Assembly (NCBI GenBank): GCA_019417325.1
Contig: DXVO01000026.1
Span: 11,826 to 75,825 of the forward strand
DNA: 64,000 nucleotides
Direction of reading: 5' to 3'
Origin: Parabacteroides sp.
GTDB taxonomy: Bacteria; Bacteroidota; Bacteroidia; Bacteroidales; Tannerellaceae
Shown here: piece by piece, positions 1-10,478 of the stretch
Position numbering within the stretch: position 1 is the stretch's first letter
How the letters are laid out: every line of letters begins with the position of its first letter
The notes under the pieces: model-generated
The model's database searches: none
What the model saw: the letters and a program-made list of their open reading frames with translations, nothing else
What the model was told of the DNA's origin: nothing
Position numbers and translations under genes: made by a program

Positions 1-586
1 CGTAGTTGGCAACCCCCATCTGTGCAGCGATGTGCCAATCCTTATGATTATCGAACATACCCACCATCATGGAATTAGTAATAATCACACGGGGAGCATC
101 CGGACGCGACTTGAACAGTCCGAGCGGATGACCGGATTCAATCACCAGTGTTTGTTCATTTGTAAGGATTTCAAGATATTTTTTTATAAGACGATATTGC
201 ATCCAGTTCTGGCAAACCTGTCCGGTTTCCCCATAAGTAACCAACTCATATGGATAGAGGGCTATATCAAAACAAAGATTATTATCGATCATGACTTGAA
301 AAGCCTTACCCTCTATGCAACTTCCTTTGTATTCGTCAATAGGCTTAGCCTTCAAATCCCCTTCCGGTCTATACCTATAACCATAAATACGCCCCCGGGT
401 AAGAAGTTCTTCCATAAACTCGGGAGCAAGCGTTTCATGAAGTTCTTTGGGGATATAACGAAGGGCGTTCTTCAAAGCAACTTCTGTTTGTGCTGGCGTA
501 AGTGAATAGCCGCGGTCAGGAGCACGGCGAATTCCGGCAATAAAAGAAGGATAAGCCGGCAGTTGTTTATCAAGGAGTACTTCCAT
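1..586 (-). CDS. hutU: Urocanate hydratase, 5' part (runs off the window edge; not in the ORF track)
   Basis: Manual translation from ATG at 586: MEVLLDKQLPAYPSFIAGIRRAP...FQVMIDNNL...YPYELVTYGETGQVCQNWMQY...SGHPLGLF...GVANY, which are urocanase motifs. Confidence 0.92.
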   Translation of the reverse strand, partial: MEVLLDKQLPAYPSFIAGIRRAPDRGYSLTPAQTEVALKNALRYIPKELHETLAPEFMEELLTRGRIYGYRYRPEGDLKAKPIDEYKGSCIEGKAFQVMIDNNLCFDIALYPYELVTYGETGQVCQNWMQYRLIKKYLEILTNEQTLVIESGHPLGLFKSRPDAPRVIITNSMMVGMFDNHKDWHIAAQMGVANY

Positions 587-731
587 AATATAACAATTAA
601 GGTGTTACTTACAATCTGTAAGCTCAAAGTGGCTTAACAGGCCAACAAGTTATGAAAATCAGCGACCAAAACAAACTTCCTTTGTATGTTTAGAAGCATA
701 AAGATAGATATACGATTTTCTTTACAAAAAC

Positions 732-766
732 AAAAAAGGATATGCCAATTTTGACATACCCTTTTT
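732..766 (-). terminator. Intrinsic terminator of secDF
   Basis: Minus strand GGGTATGTCAA-AA-TTGGCATATCC followed by T6. Confidence 0.75.
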
Positions 767-788
767 CATATTTATGGAATATTTATTC

Positions 789-3785
789 TTATTTTCCCGT
801 CTCTGCTGCAGCTTTTTTATTAATCTTTTTCTTCTGCAATTCATAGGCAATCGGAGTTGCAATGAAAAGAGTAGCATAAGTACCAATAATAATACCCAAC
901 AGGATAGCGAATGTAAAACTACGAATTGTACTACCACCCAGGATAAAGATACACAATACAACTACCAATGTAGTCAATGATGTATTAAATGTACGGGATA
1001 AGGTAGAGTTCAACGCATCGTTAATAACCTGGTAACGGTCACGCTTCGGATACAAACCTATCGTTTCACGGATACGGTCGAATACAACCACCGTATCATT
1101 AATAGAATAACCGATAATCGTCAGGATAGCCGCAATAAACGTCTGGTCTACCTCCATGGAGAAAGGTAATACCTTCCAAAGCAATGTATAGAAAGAAATG
1201 ATACAAAGCGTTGTCACTGCTACAGAAGCAAAAGCTCCGGCAGAGAAAGAGAAGTCGCGGAAACGAAGCAAGATATAAGCTGCCATACAGAACATTGCAA
1301 AAACAACGGCAAGTATCGCACTATTCTTTATATCATCCGCCATACTCGGACCTACTTTCTGGGAACTCTGGATAAACTGGGTCGTAAACTGCTCCAATGT
1401 CGTACCTTCCGGCAACTGAGTCTTCAGACCTTCAAACAATTTATTTTCAATTTCCTGATCGATTGCCGGATTTGCATCTTCTATCTTATAGTTGGTCGAT
1501 ACACGAACCTGATCCGGAGTACCAATCTGGATTACGCTAACAGATCCTGCCAATTGGTCATCCAACAAGTCGCGAACATCATCCGTTTTCACTTCATGGT
1601 CAAAACGGATCACATAGTTACGTCCACCCGTAAAGTCGATACCGTTATTCAAACCGATTGTCGACATAGAAATTGCACCTAACACAATAATAACACCCGG
1701 AATGATATAACCGATCTTACGAGCAGCAAGGAAGTTAATTTTCGGATTAGTCAGCAAGTCTTTTGTAATCGGAGTAACAAAAGTTACATTCTTCAATTTA
1801 TCCTTAGCCAGCAATGCTTCGTAAACAATACGAGTAAGGAACACAGCTGTTAAGAATGAAGCAAACAGACCGATAATCATTGTAGTTGCGAAACCACGGA
1901 TAGGACCTGTACCGAAATAGAACAACACGACACCCGTAATAATAGAAGTCAGGTTGGAGTCGAAAATTGCAGAAAAGGCATTTGAATAACCATCTGCAAT
2001 AGCCTTACCCAAAGACTTACCGGCACGAAGTTCTTCTTTTGTACGTTCATATATCAACACGTTAGCATCGACTGCCATACCCAGCGTCAACACCATACCG
2101 GCAATACCCGGCAAAGTGAGCACAGCCTGGAAAGAGGCAAGGATACCCATCGTAAAGAAAATATTCAAAACCAATGCACCGTCAGCAATCAGACCCGGCA
2201 GAATGCCATAGAATGCGCACATGTAACACATCAACAGGATCAAAGCCAAAGCAAATGAAATCACACCAGAGCTGATAGCTTCCTGACCCAATGACGGACC
2301 AACAACATCTTCCTGTACAATGTGTACGGATGCAGCCATCTTACCGGACTTCAATACGTTTGCCAAGTCCTTCGCTTCTTCAGGAGTGAAGTGACCGGTA
2401 ATAGAAGAACGTCCACCTGTAATTTCATCGTTTACATTCGGTGCGGAATAAACCATTTCATCCAGCACAATTGCAATCTGACGTCCGATATTATCTTTGG
2501 TCAAACGAGCCCATGCTTTTGCGCCTTCTGCATTCATAGCCATACTAACCTGCTGTTCTGAACGTCCGGCCTGCTGAACAAAGTCTGCATTTGCATCAGT
2601 TACAACATCTCCGCCCAAAGCCGGTGAACCGTCACGGTTTGTAACTTTAATAGCATATAAATAGAAAAATTGTTCTTTTTCATCGATAGCCTTCACACCC
2701 CATTTTAGGGACAGGTTACGAGGAAGAACATCTTTCACCTGCTTCATATTCAGATATTCATTAATCTTGGGAATATCTTTTGTATGAGCGATAGCTATTG
2801 CCGAAGTAGGAACTAACTGGCCATTATATTGGTTAAGTTGCAACAAAGCAAACAAGGGATGCTGTTTGGCAAATTCTGCCTGATTTTGAGAAAGCTGTGT
2901 ATCCGGTTTTTCCTGACCAATCTTAGCCAACAATGAATCTGCTTCATTTGCAGGAACAGAGTCTGTTGTAGTAACAGTTTCTTCTGCAATAACAGTTGTT
3001 GAATCTGTTGCATTATCTGATTTCAGAATAGTTGCAAGTATATTATCGGCAGATACCAACTGCTGGTAAATTTCCGGAAGATTATAAGTTTCCCAAAATT
3101 CCAGGTTAGCGCTACCCTGTAACAATTTACGAACACGTTCAGGTTCTTTTACACCCGGAAGTTCCACCAGAATACGACCTGCTGTTTCCAAACGCTGGAT
3201 ATTAGGAGAAACCACACCAAAACGGTCAATACGAGTACGAAGTACGTTAAAAGAGTTATCGATTGCGCTTTTCAACTCTTCTTTCAAAATGGCTATTACC
3301 TGTGCATCTGTACTCTGCGGAGTAATTTTATCTTTCAACTCAAAAGTACTAAAAATAGCAGATAAGCGAGCACCGCTATCCAACTTCCTGTACTCTTCCG
3401 CAAACAGATCGATAAAGTCTTTCTGACTGCCGGCCTGGTGAGCATAAGCTAAATCCAATGCTTTGTTGAAGTTTTCATCCTGGTTATTATTTGAAAGTGA
3501 ACGAATAACATCAGCCACATCCAATTCCAGAACGACGTTCATACCGCCCTTCAAGTCAAGACCTAAACTAATTTCCATTTCGCGGCACTGCTTAAGCGTA
3601 TAGCCCAGCCATACCTTTTGAGTAGATAGCGAGTCCAAATAGGCACTCTCTTTTGCCGGATCTCCGTCCGCATACTTAGTGGCTTTTCCATTGTAATATC
3701 TGGTCACAAATGAGAAGGACAGATAGAACGCACAGACAAGCATAAGTAAGACCGCAAAGACCTTTACAAATCCTTTGTTTTGCAT
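789..3785 (-). CDS. secDF: Protein translocase subunit SecDF (fused)
   Basis: LGLDLKGG, RIDRFGV, GMAVDANVLIYER, GIDFTGG and GYSINDTVVVFDRIRE motifs. Confidence 0.97.
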   Translation of the reverse strand: MQNKGFVKVFAVLLMLVCAFYLSFSFVTRYYNGKATKYADGDPAKESAYLDSLSTQKVWLGYTLKQCREMEISLGLDLKGGMNVVLELDVADVIRSLSNNNQDENFNKALDLAYAHQAGSQKDFIDLFAEEYRKLDSGARLSAIFSTFELKDKITPQSTDAQVIAILKEELKSAIDNSFNVLRTRIDRFGVVSPNIQRLETAGRILVELPGVKEPERVRKLLQGSANLEFWETYNLPEIYQQLVSADNILATILKSDNATDSTTVIAEETVTTTDSVPANEADSLLAKIGQEKPDTQLSQNQAEFAKQHPLFALLQLNQYNGQLVPTSAIAIAHTKDIPKINEYLNMKQVKDVLPRNLSLKWGVKAIDEKEQFFYLYAIKVTNRDGSPALGGDVVTDANADFVQQAGRSEQQVSMAMNAEGAKAWARLTKDNIGRQIAIVLDEMVYSAPNVNDEITGGRSSITGHFTPEEAKDLANVLKSGKMAASVHIVQEDVVGPSLGQEAISSGVISFALALILLMCYMCAFYGILPGLIADGALVLNIFFTMGILASFQAVLTLPGIAGMVLTLGMAVDANVLIYERTKEELRAGKSLGKAIADGYSNAFSAIFDSNLTSIITGVVLFYFGTGPIRGFATTMIIGLFASFLTAVFLTRIVYEALLAKDKLKNVTFVTPITKDLLTNPKINFLAARKIGYIIPGVIIVLGAISMSTIGLNNGIDFTGGRNYVIRFDHEVKTDDVRDLLDDQLAGSVSVIQIGTPDQVRVSTNYKIEDANPAIDQEIENKLFEGLKTQLPEGTTLEQFTTQFIQSSQKVGPSMADDIKNSAILAVVFAMFCMAAYILLRFRDFSFSAGAFASVAVTTLCIISFYTLLWKVLPFSMEVDQTFIAAILTIIGYSINDTVVVFDRIRETIGLYPKRDRYQVINDALNSTLSRTFNTSLTTLVVVLCIFILGGSTIRSFTFAILLGIIIGTYATLFIATPIAYELQKKKINKKAAAETGK

Positions 3786-3828
3786 TTGAATCTTATATTT
3801 ATGTTATTATTCATTTTTTCACAGGGTG

Positions 3829-3836
3829 CAAATATA
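3829..3836 (-). promoter_or_regulatory. Bacteroidetes -7 promoter element for secDF
   Basis: TATATTTG on the minus strand matches TAnnTTTG. Confidence 0.55.
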
Positions 3837-3911
3837 GGCTTTTTTTCTTTGTCCAACAGTAATTAGATTAATTATTTGTCACACTCTTAGTTTATTTCAA
3901 GTACAATTATT

Positions 3912-3919
3912 TATCTTTG
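3912..3919 (+). promoter_or_regulatory. Bacteroidetes -7 element for the DUF4468 gene pair
   Basis: TATCTTTG about 22 nt before the ATG. Confidence 0.55.
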
Positions 3920-3941
3920 CTCGTAAAAAAACAAAGCAATA

Positions 3942-4943
3942 ATGACCATGAAACAACTTTTATTATTAACACTATTTATCCCATCCCTTCTTTGGGCTCA
4001 AGAAGATTCAAAGTATTTGGCTGGTGCAGTGCCGGAAGAAGACGGTAAAGTCGTATTCAGCGAACAAATAAATGCTCCTGCACTTTCTAAAGATCAAATT
4101 TACGACATAATGCTCGACTGGGCGCAAAAACGTTTCAACACAGAGGTTGACCGTGTTGTTTATACAAATAAGGAAGAGGGAGAAATCGCAGTCGTAGGGC
4201 AAGATTATCTGGTATTCCAAAACCTCGCCTTATCATTAGACCGCAGTTTGATGGATTACAGAGTTATTATTGAATGTAAAGACCATATTTGTTCCATTAA
4301 AATGAACGGTATCCGTTATTCATATAATGTATCCTACCAACGCGAACCTGAGAAATACATAGCAGAAACATGGATTACCGACAAATATGCCTTAAACAAA
4401 AACAAAACAAAACTGTATCGGGGCAACGGCAAATTCCGCAAAAAGACGATCGATTTTGCAGAAGATTTGTTTAAAGAAGCTACAGCTGCATTAGGAGTAC
4501 AAGCCGTATCTGTTGCGCCCAAACAGGAAGTCACCGCAGTGATGCCGGCCACAATAGCAAGCCCGACTCCCGACATCAATAAAACAGCAAGCAAAGAAGG
4601 CTATACTAATTTTACTGCAGACAAAGTACCTTCCACGTTAGTACAAATGCTACCGGAAAGTAAAATGCAGGTAACTACAGATAAATACCAGACCGTAAAA
4701 GAAACTGCTGCCACCTGGAAAGGTGTAGGCAATATGTTCGGCAAATCAGTTACTACGATTTCTATCAATCCGGAAAGTACGGTTTACAAGAATATAGGGA
4801 ACAATGACCTATATAACATATCCTTCTTCAAGCAAGGAGAAGACAGTCCCTGGATGATTTTCGAATGTCGCAAGGTTGGCGAAACAGACGAAAACGGACA
4901 GAAAACATTAATGGGTGAAGTAATCCACGTCTGGGTAAAATAA
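3942..4943 (+). CDS. Exported DUF4468-like protein with an extra C-terminal domain
   Basis: Signal peptide LLWA-Q; YLAGAVPEEDGKVVF start typical of Bacteroidales DUF4468 proteins. Confidence 0.7.
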   Translation: MTMKQLLLLTLFIPSLLWAQEDSKYLAGAVPEEDGKVVFSEQINAPALSKDQIYDIMLDWAQKRFNTEVDRVVYTNKEEGEIAVVGQDYLVFQNLALSLDRSLMDYRVIIECKDHICSIKMNGIRYSYNVSYQREPEKYIAETWITDKYALNKNKTKLYRGNGKFRKKTIDFAEDLFKEATAALGVQAVSVAPKQEVTAVMPATIASPTPDINKTASKEGYTNFTADKVPSTLVQMLPESKMQVTTDKYQTVKETAATWKGVGNMFGKSVTTISINPESTVYKNIGNNDLYNISFFKQGEDSPWMIFECRKVGETDENGQKTLMGEVIHVWVK

Positions 4944-4949
4944 GAAATT

Positions 4950-5501
4950 ATGAAGAAATTAATTATCCTGTTATTGATCCTGTTCCCTGTGTTAGCAACA
5001 GCACAGGGACATAAAGGGGACGTAGATGTATGTGCTCCTATGAAAGATGGAAAAGTATGCTATAGTGATGAAGTGGAAGTAGAAAATACGGACCAATTGA
5101 CATTATTCAATATCATTAATAAATGGGCAAAGAAAAATTATGGTAAAGATGTTTTCATGTCGAACCTTAATTCCAACAAATCGCAAGGAACGATTTCAAT
5201 CAGTTCGAAAGTTGAATTGCTGCTGAATGACACGGATAAGACGATTGTCAAATACAGAATGAAAATATCCTGCCACAAGGATGGTTATTCCATCGAATTG
5301 GGGAATATCACCTATCAGTATGACCCGAAAGATGAAAAGAAATTCAAAACTTACCCCGCAGAAGATGTAATTGCAAACAACGGAAAGAGCAACAAAATTG
5401 CTTTAATTAAAGACCCGAAACTCTTTTGCAACGCCACATTCTTCTTTGCCGAACAACTATTCGGAAATGTGTTCGATGCGGTTCAGGATGCAACAGAATA
5501 A
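4950..5501 (+). CDS. Exported DUF4468-like protein
   Basis: Signal peptide LATA-Q; PMKDGKVCYS resembles the upstream paralogue. Confidence 0.65.
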   Translation: MKKLIILLLILFPVLATAQGHKGDVDVCAPMKDGKVCYSDEVEVENTDQLTLFNIINKWAKKNYGKDVFMSNLNSNKSQGTISISSKVELLLNDTDKTIVKYRMKISCHKDGYSIELGNITYQYDPKDEKKFKTYPAEDVIANNGKSNKIALIKDPKLFCNATFFFAEQLFGNVFDAVQDATE

Positions 5502-5504
5502 ATA

Positions 5505-5542
5505 AACTGACAGTTGACAAGTAACATTGTCAACTGTCAATT
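5505..5542. repeat. Heptamer-unit (AGTTGAC) inverted repeat between convergent genes
   Basis: TGACAGTTGACAA (5508-5520) and TTGTCAACTGTCA (5527-5539) are perfect arms. Confidence 0.85.
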
Positions 5543-5545
5543 CTA

Positions 5546-7177
5546 TCATTTACCCGCTTTCGGTGCAGAGCCCTTATCCTTCTCTTCCGGTTTAATCAGA
5601 TTTTTTACAGTTTCACCGATAGGCAGGTTATCCAATACACCTAAACTCGGAGCTACCGTTTTAACCAACTGATTGAGGAAATTCCCGGTTGCCCCATTGC
5701 CTCCGTCAAAAACTGTAATATTACCCAGATTAATACTTTCAAAAGCTTTCACCTGTTCACCGGCAATTTCTTTCCACTGGTCTACCATCTTATATTGGAT
5801 AGCGATAGCCGGATTAGATTCCGCAGCTTCCACCATTGCACGGAAACCGTCAGCCTCTGCAAGCAAAGATTTCTTCTTACCATCCGCCTCTGCTTCCAAT
5901 TTCATACGGATAGATTGCGCCTCCGCTTCTGCCTGCGCAAGCAATGCTTTTGCACGCGCTTCCGCTTCACGGATAGTTTTTTCTGCTACTGCATCCGCTT
6001 GTAAAATAGCTTCTTGTTTAGCAATCTCAGCGGGAACAATCTTCTGGGCTTTCAAAGCAGATTCCACTTTTTTTGCTTTAGCTTCTTCCACTTCCTTTTG
6101 AGCTATTTCACGGGCTGTCTGAATAGATGCTTCAGAACGGGCAGCAGCCTCACCGGCTTTCTTGTCTGCATCAGCCTGAGTAACGGCAAGTTCGGAATTT
6201 GACAACGCGATATCTTTACCGGCTTCATTCCGTCCGATGGCTGCTTTTTTCTCTGCTTCTGCTTTTTTGATTTCCATGTCAGAATTCAGCTCGGCAATGC
6301 GGCTTTCTTTTTCAGTATTTGCCTTTTCTATATTAATATTCTTATCGGCTTCCGCTTTAGCAACTTGCGACTCTTTGTCTGCGTTCGCCACTGCAACCTG
6401 TGATATACGCTCTTTATCCGCATTTGCAACCGAGATTTCCTGCTGCTTCTTTGTCTCTGCAATTGCAATATCCTGGTCTTTCCGGGTTTCTGCAACTTTT
6501 GTTTCACGTTCTTTTATTTGGGTCGCAATCTTAATAGCTCCTAACTTCTCCTGCTCTTCAATATTAGCCTGGGCTTCATTCAAGGCTTTACTTTCCGCCT
6601 CTTTTCCCAGATTGACAATATAATTAGCTGCATCACGAATATCACTGATATTGATATTCATCAGATAAAGACCGAATTTACGAAGTTCCGTATCGATATT
6701 ATCACGTACTTTCGACAGGAATTTATCACGGTCTGAGTTCAATTCTTCAATTGTCATATCCGCAATTACCAAACGCATTTGCCCATATACCACGTCGGTA
6801 ATCAGATTTTGTTTATCTTCTGCCTGCAATCCCAACAAACGTTCGGCAGCATTCTGCATAACTTCCGGATCGGTGCTGATAGCTACCGTAATCGTAGTCG
6901 GCACATCCACACGAATATTTTGGGCAGACAAAGCTCCGGTCAGTTTACAATCAATCTGAAGAGGCTTCATGGAAAGGAACTCATATCCCTGGATAATCGG
7001 CCAGACAAAAGCAGCGCCACCATGGTAAAGTTTAGCCGATTTTTCTCCTGTAGTCTTACCATATACAACCAGGACCTCATCACTCTTACATTTCCGGTAG
7101 CGGGAAAGAATACCGATAAACGAAACAATAATCACTACAACCAGGATAGCGACCATAATTAACATCTCTTGTGTCAT
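5546..7177 (-). CDS. Flotillin/SPFH (band 7) family protein
   Basis: N-terminal TM, SPFH domain, long AE/EA-rich coiled coil. Confidence 0.92.
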   Translation of the reverse strand: MTQEMLIMVAILVVVIIVSFIGILSRYRKCKSDEVLVVYGKTTGEKSAKLYHGGAAFVWPIIQGYEFLSMKPLQIDCKLTGALSAQNIRVDVPTTITVAISTDPEVMQNAAERLLGLQAEDKQNLITDVVYGQMRLVIADMTIEELNSDRDKFLSKVRDNIDTELRKFGLYLMNINISDIRDAANYIVNLGKEAESKALNEAQANIEEQEKLGAIKIATQIKERETKVAETRKDQDIAIAETKKQQEISVANADKERISQVAVANADKESQVAKAEADKNINIEKANTEKESRIAELNSDMEIKKAEAEKKAAIGRNEAGKDIALSNSELAVTQADADKKAGEAAARSEASIQTAREIAQKEVEEAKAKKVESALKAQKIVPAEIAKQEAILQADAVAEKTIREAEARAKALLAQAEAEAQSIRMKLEAEADGKKKSLLAEADGFRAMVEAAESNPAIAIQYKMVDQWKEIAGEQVKAFESINLGNITVFDGGNGATGNFLNQLVKTVAPSLGVLDNLPIGETVKNLIKPEEKDKGSAPKAGK

Positions 7178-7203
7178 AGAATTAAGTAGATTAATATTGA
7201 TTT

Positions 7204-7707
7204 TTATTGAATATACATTACACCGGACTCTATTTTACCAATCACAGCTTTATCCCCGGTACGATATTGGGTGTTACCGAGCGAACGAACTTCGATTTCC
7301 CTCAATGCACCATTAATAGCTATTTGTACCACATATCGATCTTCGTCACTATGGGAATAGATAGTGCATTCGCGTCCCAGCAAAGCTTCCGGTTTTTCCG
7401 GCTTATTTTCTTTCTGCAATTGATAAGCCTTTTTATACAAATACCATAGGATAAGAACAAAAACAAGGCCTACCAGGATTCCTGCCGCATACGACATGAT
7501 ATCCGATCCTTTGGATATATACATATACCATCCCATCCCTATGCAAAAATGAGTCAGCCCCTTAAAAGACAAGACACTGCCGATATCCGTATCGACATCG
7601 GTATCTATATCCAAATCCCCGAAGAAAATCGACATGATAAACTGTATCAGGAAAATTGCCGTAGCGACAATTGCAACAAAAAAGAATACCGTAGTAGTCA
7701 TAGTCAT
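7204..7707 (-). CDS. NfeD-like membrane protein, partner of flotillin
   Basis: About 3 TM segments plus a C-terminal OB-like beta domain; directly upstream of flotillin. Confidence 0.8.
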   Translation of the reverse strand: MTMTTTVFFFVAIVATAIFLIQFIMSIFFGDLDIDTDVDTDIGSVLSFKGLTHFCIGMGWYMYISKGSDIMSYAAGILVGLVFVLILWYLYKKAYQLQKENKPEKPEALLGRECTIYSHSDEDRYVVQIAINGALREIEVRSLGNTQYRTGDKAVIGKIESGVMYIQ

Positions 7708-7997
7708 TAAATTAGATTTTGGCTACAAGATAGAAAAAAAACGGATTAGCGCATAGAAAAAAGTGCCCAACCTAAATAATATCTATTTGTATGCCATATG
7801 ACAGGACAAGCCCGGCATATCCGATTTCTTTTTATCAAAATGACAAAAAGACAAAATACCCTGTTGATATGCGGGTTATATGGACACAGACGCGGGAGGG
7901 GTTGCAAGCAGGCGATTCTCGCGGGGTTAAGGTTTGTCAGTTTGTAGAAATAGAAGGCAAAGTATTTACTAATTGATATATGATAAAAATTATTTTT

Positions 7998-8077
7998 TAG
8001 GCACGGATTTCACGGATAACACGGATTAACTTATATTTATCTTTATTAATCCGTGTTATCCGTGAAATCCGTGCCTA
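7998..8077. repeat. Perfect 32-bp inverted repeat made of 9-mer CACGGATnn units
   Basis: TAGGCACGGATTTCACGGATAACACGGATTAA, 16-nt AT-rich spacer, then the exact reverse complement. Confidence 0.95.
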
Positions 8078-8185
8078 GTCATATTGTTAATTTTTTCATG
8101 GAATAATAATCTATTTATCATCCAAGCACAGTTTGGTTTTCTTGCCATTCCAGAACCGCGCCCCCGCCCAATATCATCCAAAAAC

Positions 8186-8251
8186 AAAACATATATGCTT
8201 CGAAATCGAAACATATATGTTTTAAAGTTAAAATATAGATGTTTTACCGCA
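8186..8251. repeat. Three degenerate 22-bp-period units with palindromic core AAAACATATATGTTTT
   Basis: Units start at 8186, 8208 and 8230. Confidence 0.75.
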
Positions 8252-8542
8252 CAGATTATTGGATTTTTATATGCAGATAGTTGGAATTAGTACCGCGACT
8301 AATTGAAATTACCCTCCGGGTAAATGGAAAAAGGTGCCCGATTCAGTACAAAAAGCTCCGGTTTAGCGTTAAAAAAGGCTCAATTCCTCCTGAAACGCAT
8401 TTTATACATATATACAGAGTTACCACAAAGGGCTCAATTCAATCAAAGTAACACATAATAGAGAAAAAGACCGACATTATGTAAAAAAAAGACCATCCGG
8501 ATATGCCGGACAGTCCACAACCCGAAAGAAAAAAGATTCTAT

Positions 8543-9310
8543 TTATAAATCACCTTCTTCTGAATAGGATTTGTTATATTCAAATGGATCCTCACTGCCC
8601 AAAAACCTATCAATCTCCTGCTCTGTAATTTTTGTCCGCTTGTAAAGATGATCGCGTGCAGCTTTCAACATATCCAAGTCCATCTTCATACATAACATAT
8701 AGATCCGGCTCTCGCCTCCTACAAAATATTCGAGCTGAGGTATTTCCATCATTGCTTCTACTCCTTTATGAGCATTTCCTTTATAACTGGAAATGCTTCC
8801 CTTATCCAGGAAACGGGAAAATAAAGCAGCTTTCTTTTGGTAAAACTCATCATATTGAACATAGAAATTAGTCCGTATGGCATAAATCCCATTTATCAAA
8901 TGTTGCAAATCCAAATCATCGAAATTTTTCCAGATCTCAAAACTTTGAGAAAAAGTTTTTTCTACGGAATTCTCTTTTATACTTAAGGATGGAGAAGCGA
9001 AACAAGTTAGAAACTCATTTAACGTATCCTTGCTCATCCGGTTCAGATTATCCGGATAAGATTCATTCACGGCTCTAAAGATGGAATCAATGTGTTCTAT
9101 CTTTTTGTAATGGTCTTCCACTGCTTTAATAGAAGTATTAATATCACTGATAGTCAACAGCTTAATCTTGTAAGCCATTTCTTGCCTGCCTCTATATTCC
9201 AACCAGGAAGAAGAGCCGAATGTAACAATGATACCAAGCAACGCCCCAAGAAAATTCACAAGCAAAGAACTCCACCATTTACGTGAAGGAACGATCTGTT
9301 TCAACTGCAT
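8543..9310 (-). CDS. Hypothetical protein with an N-terminal membrane anchor
   Basis: 255-aa ORF with one hydrophobic segment (SSLLVNFLGALLGIIVTFG); no motif recognised. Confidence 0.7.
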   Translation of the reverse strand: MQLKQIVPSRKWWSSLLVNFLGALLGIIVTFGSSSWLEYRGRQEMAYKIKLLTISDINTSIKAVEDHYKKIEHIDSIFRAVNESYPDNLNRMSKDTLNEFLTCFASPSLSIKENSVEKTFSQSFEIWKNFDDLDLQHLINGIYAIRTNFYVQYDEFYQKKAALFSRFLDKGSISSYKGNAHKGVEAMMEIPQLEYFVGGESRIYMLCMKMDLDMLKAARDHLYKRTKITEQEIDRFLGSEDPFEYNKSYSEEGDL

Positions 9311-9365
9311 ACAAACTTAATTTATGCCGACAATCATATACGGCAGAGTTATGTTTATTCTTTAT

Positions 9366-10478
9366 TTATTCCATTTCCAGATAACACCACATCGGATAGT
9401 GATCCGAATAACGAATTTTATCAATCGTACAGTTCATCGGTTTCATATTCGAAGAATGAAGGATATTATCGATGCGGAACCAAAAGAAGTTCTCATTATA
9501 GGTAACACCCATCCCGCGTCCCGACGCAGCAAACGCATCCACCAAAGGTCCTTGTATCGTACGATGAGCATACGAAATCGGCGTATCGTTAAAATCTCCG
9601 CAAACAAGGATATAGTCGGTGTCTGCTTTTCGGATTTCTTCAGCTACTGCTTCGGCTTGTTTCGCACGGACACGGAAAGCCGGTCCTAACTTTTGCTCGA
9701 TAGAGCCGCGAAGCCCATCAAATGTTTCCGAATTAATATTCTTAATAAAAGCGGAATAATGACTACGGTCTTCAGTTGTCAGCTTAAATGATTCCAAATG
9801 GTTATTTACCAGGGTCAATGTTTTACCTTTTATATTTACCCGGTGTACGGAAGAACCGTTAAACTTGCTATCATACTTTATTTTACGGGATTTGGACAAT
9901 GGGTATTTGGATAAAACCGCCACATTGAATTTCAGGTCTCCGGAAGTTCCTACCGGAATCACGGAACGATATTTATACATCGAAAAAGCCTTATCCAATT
10001 TTTCCATCGTAAGAAAATTCCGGGATTTGCCTACTGCATATTCCTGAAGGCAAACAATATCTGCACCGGAATTGGCAATATATTGAACTATCGGATTGGG
10101 GGAATCCCCTGTGTGGTCTTTATACCCGAATCCCATGACATTATAGGTCAACACTTTCAACACATTTTCTTTAGGAATCTCTTCCACCCTGTCGTGAAAT
10201 GGGAAATAATGCCTTACCGGTTTCTGGCATATCAGAAAAGACAGCAATCCGACCAGGACAAACCGCCATTCCCAAAGGAACAGCCAATAAATAACAAATA
10301 GTAGATTCAATGTGCAGAAAACCGGAAATCCAAGGCCCAGATAAGAAAATAAAACACTTTTTTCCGGAGACACACGGTCTGAAAAAGCTGATGCGATAAA
10401 CAGCAAAATTACTATTACATTGGCTATGCCGAAAATAGACTTGAATAGTATCTTTACAGCTTTAAACCCCTCATTCAT
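9366..10478 (-). CDS. Membrane-anchored endonuclease/exonuclease/phosphatase family protein
   Basis: TYNV, DIVCLQE, NNHLES, GDFN, RIDNI and SDHYP motifs. Confidence 0.92.
   Translation of the reverse strand: MNEGFKAVKILFKSIFGIANVIVILLFIASAFSDRVSPEKSVLFSYLGLGFPVFCTLNLLFVIYWLFLWEWRFVLVGLLSFLICQKPVRHYFPFHDRVEEIPKENVLKVLTYNVMGFGYKDHTGDSPNPIVQYIANSGADIVCLQEYAVGKSRNFLTMEKLDKAFSMYKYRSVIPVGTSGDLKFNVAVLSKYPLSKSRKIKYDSKFNGSSVHRVNIKGKTLTLVNNHLESFKLTTEDRSHYSAFIKNINSETFDGLRGSIEQKLGPAFRVRAKQAEAVAEEIRKADTDYILVCGDFNDTPISYAHRTIQGPLVDAFAASGRGMGVTYNENFFWFRIDNILHSSNMKPMNCTIDKIRYSDHYPMWCYLEME

Noticed and set aside
32..505. 157-aa plus-strand ORF
   Set aside because: Antisense shadow of hutU
7791..8290. Short ORFs 7791-7976 and 8084-8290
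   Set aside because: No motifs recognised; they lie in repeat-rich intergenic DNA
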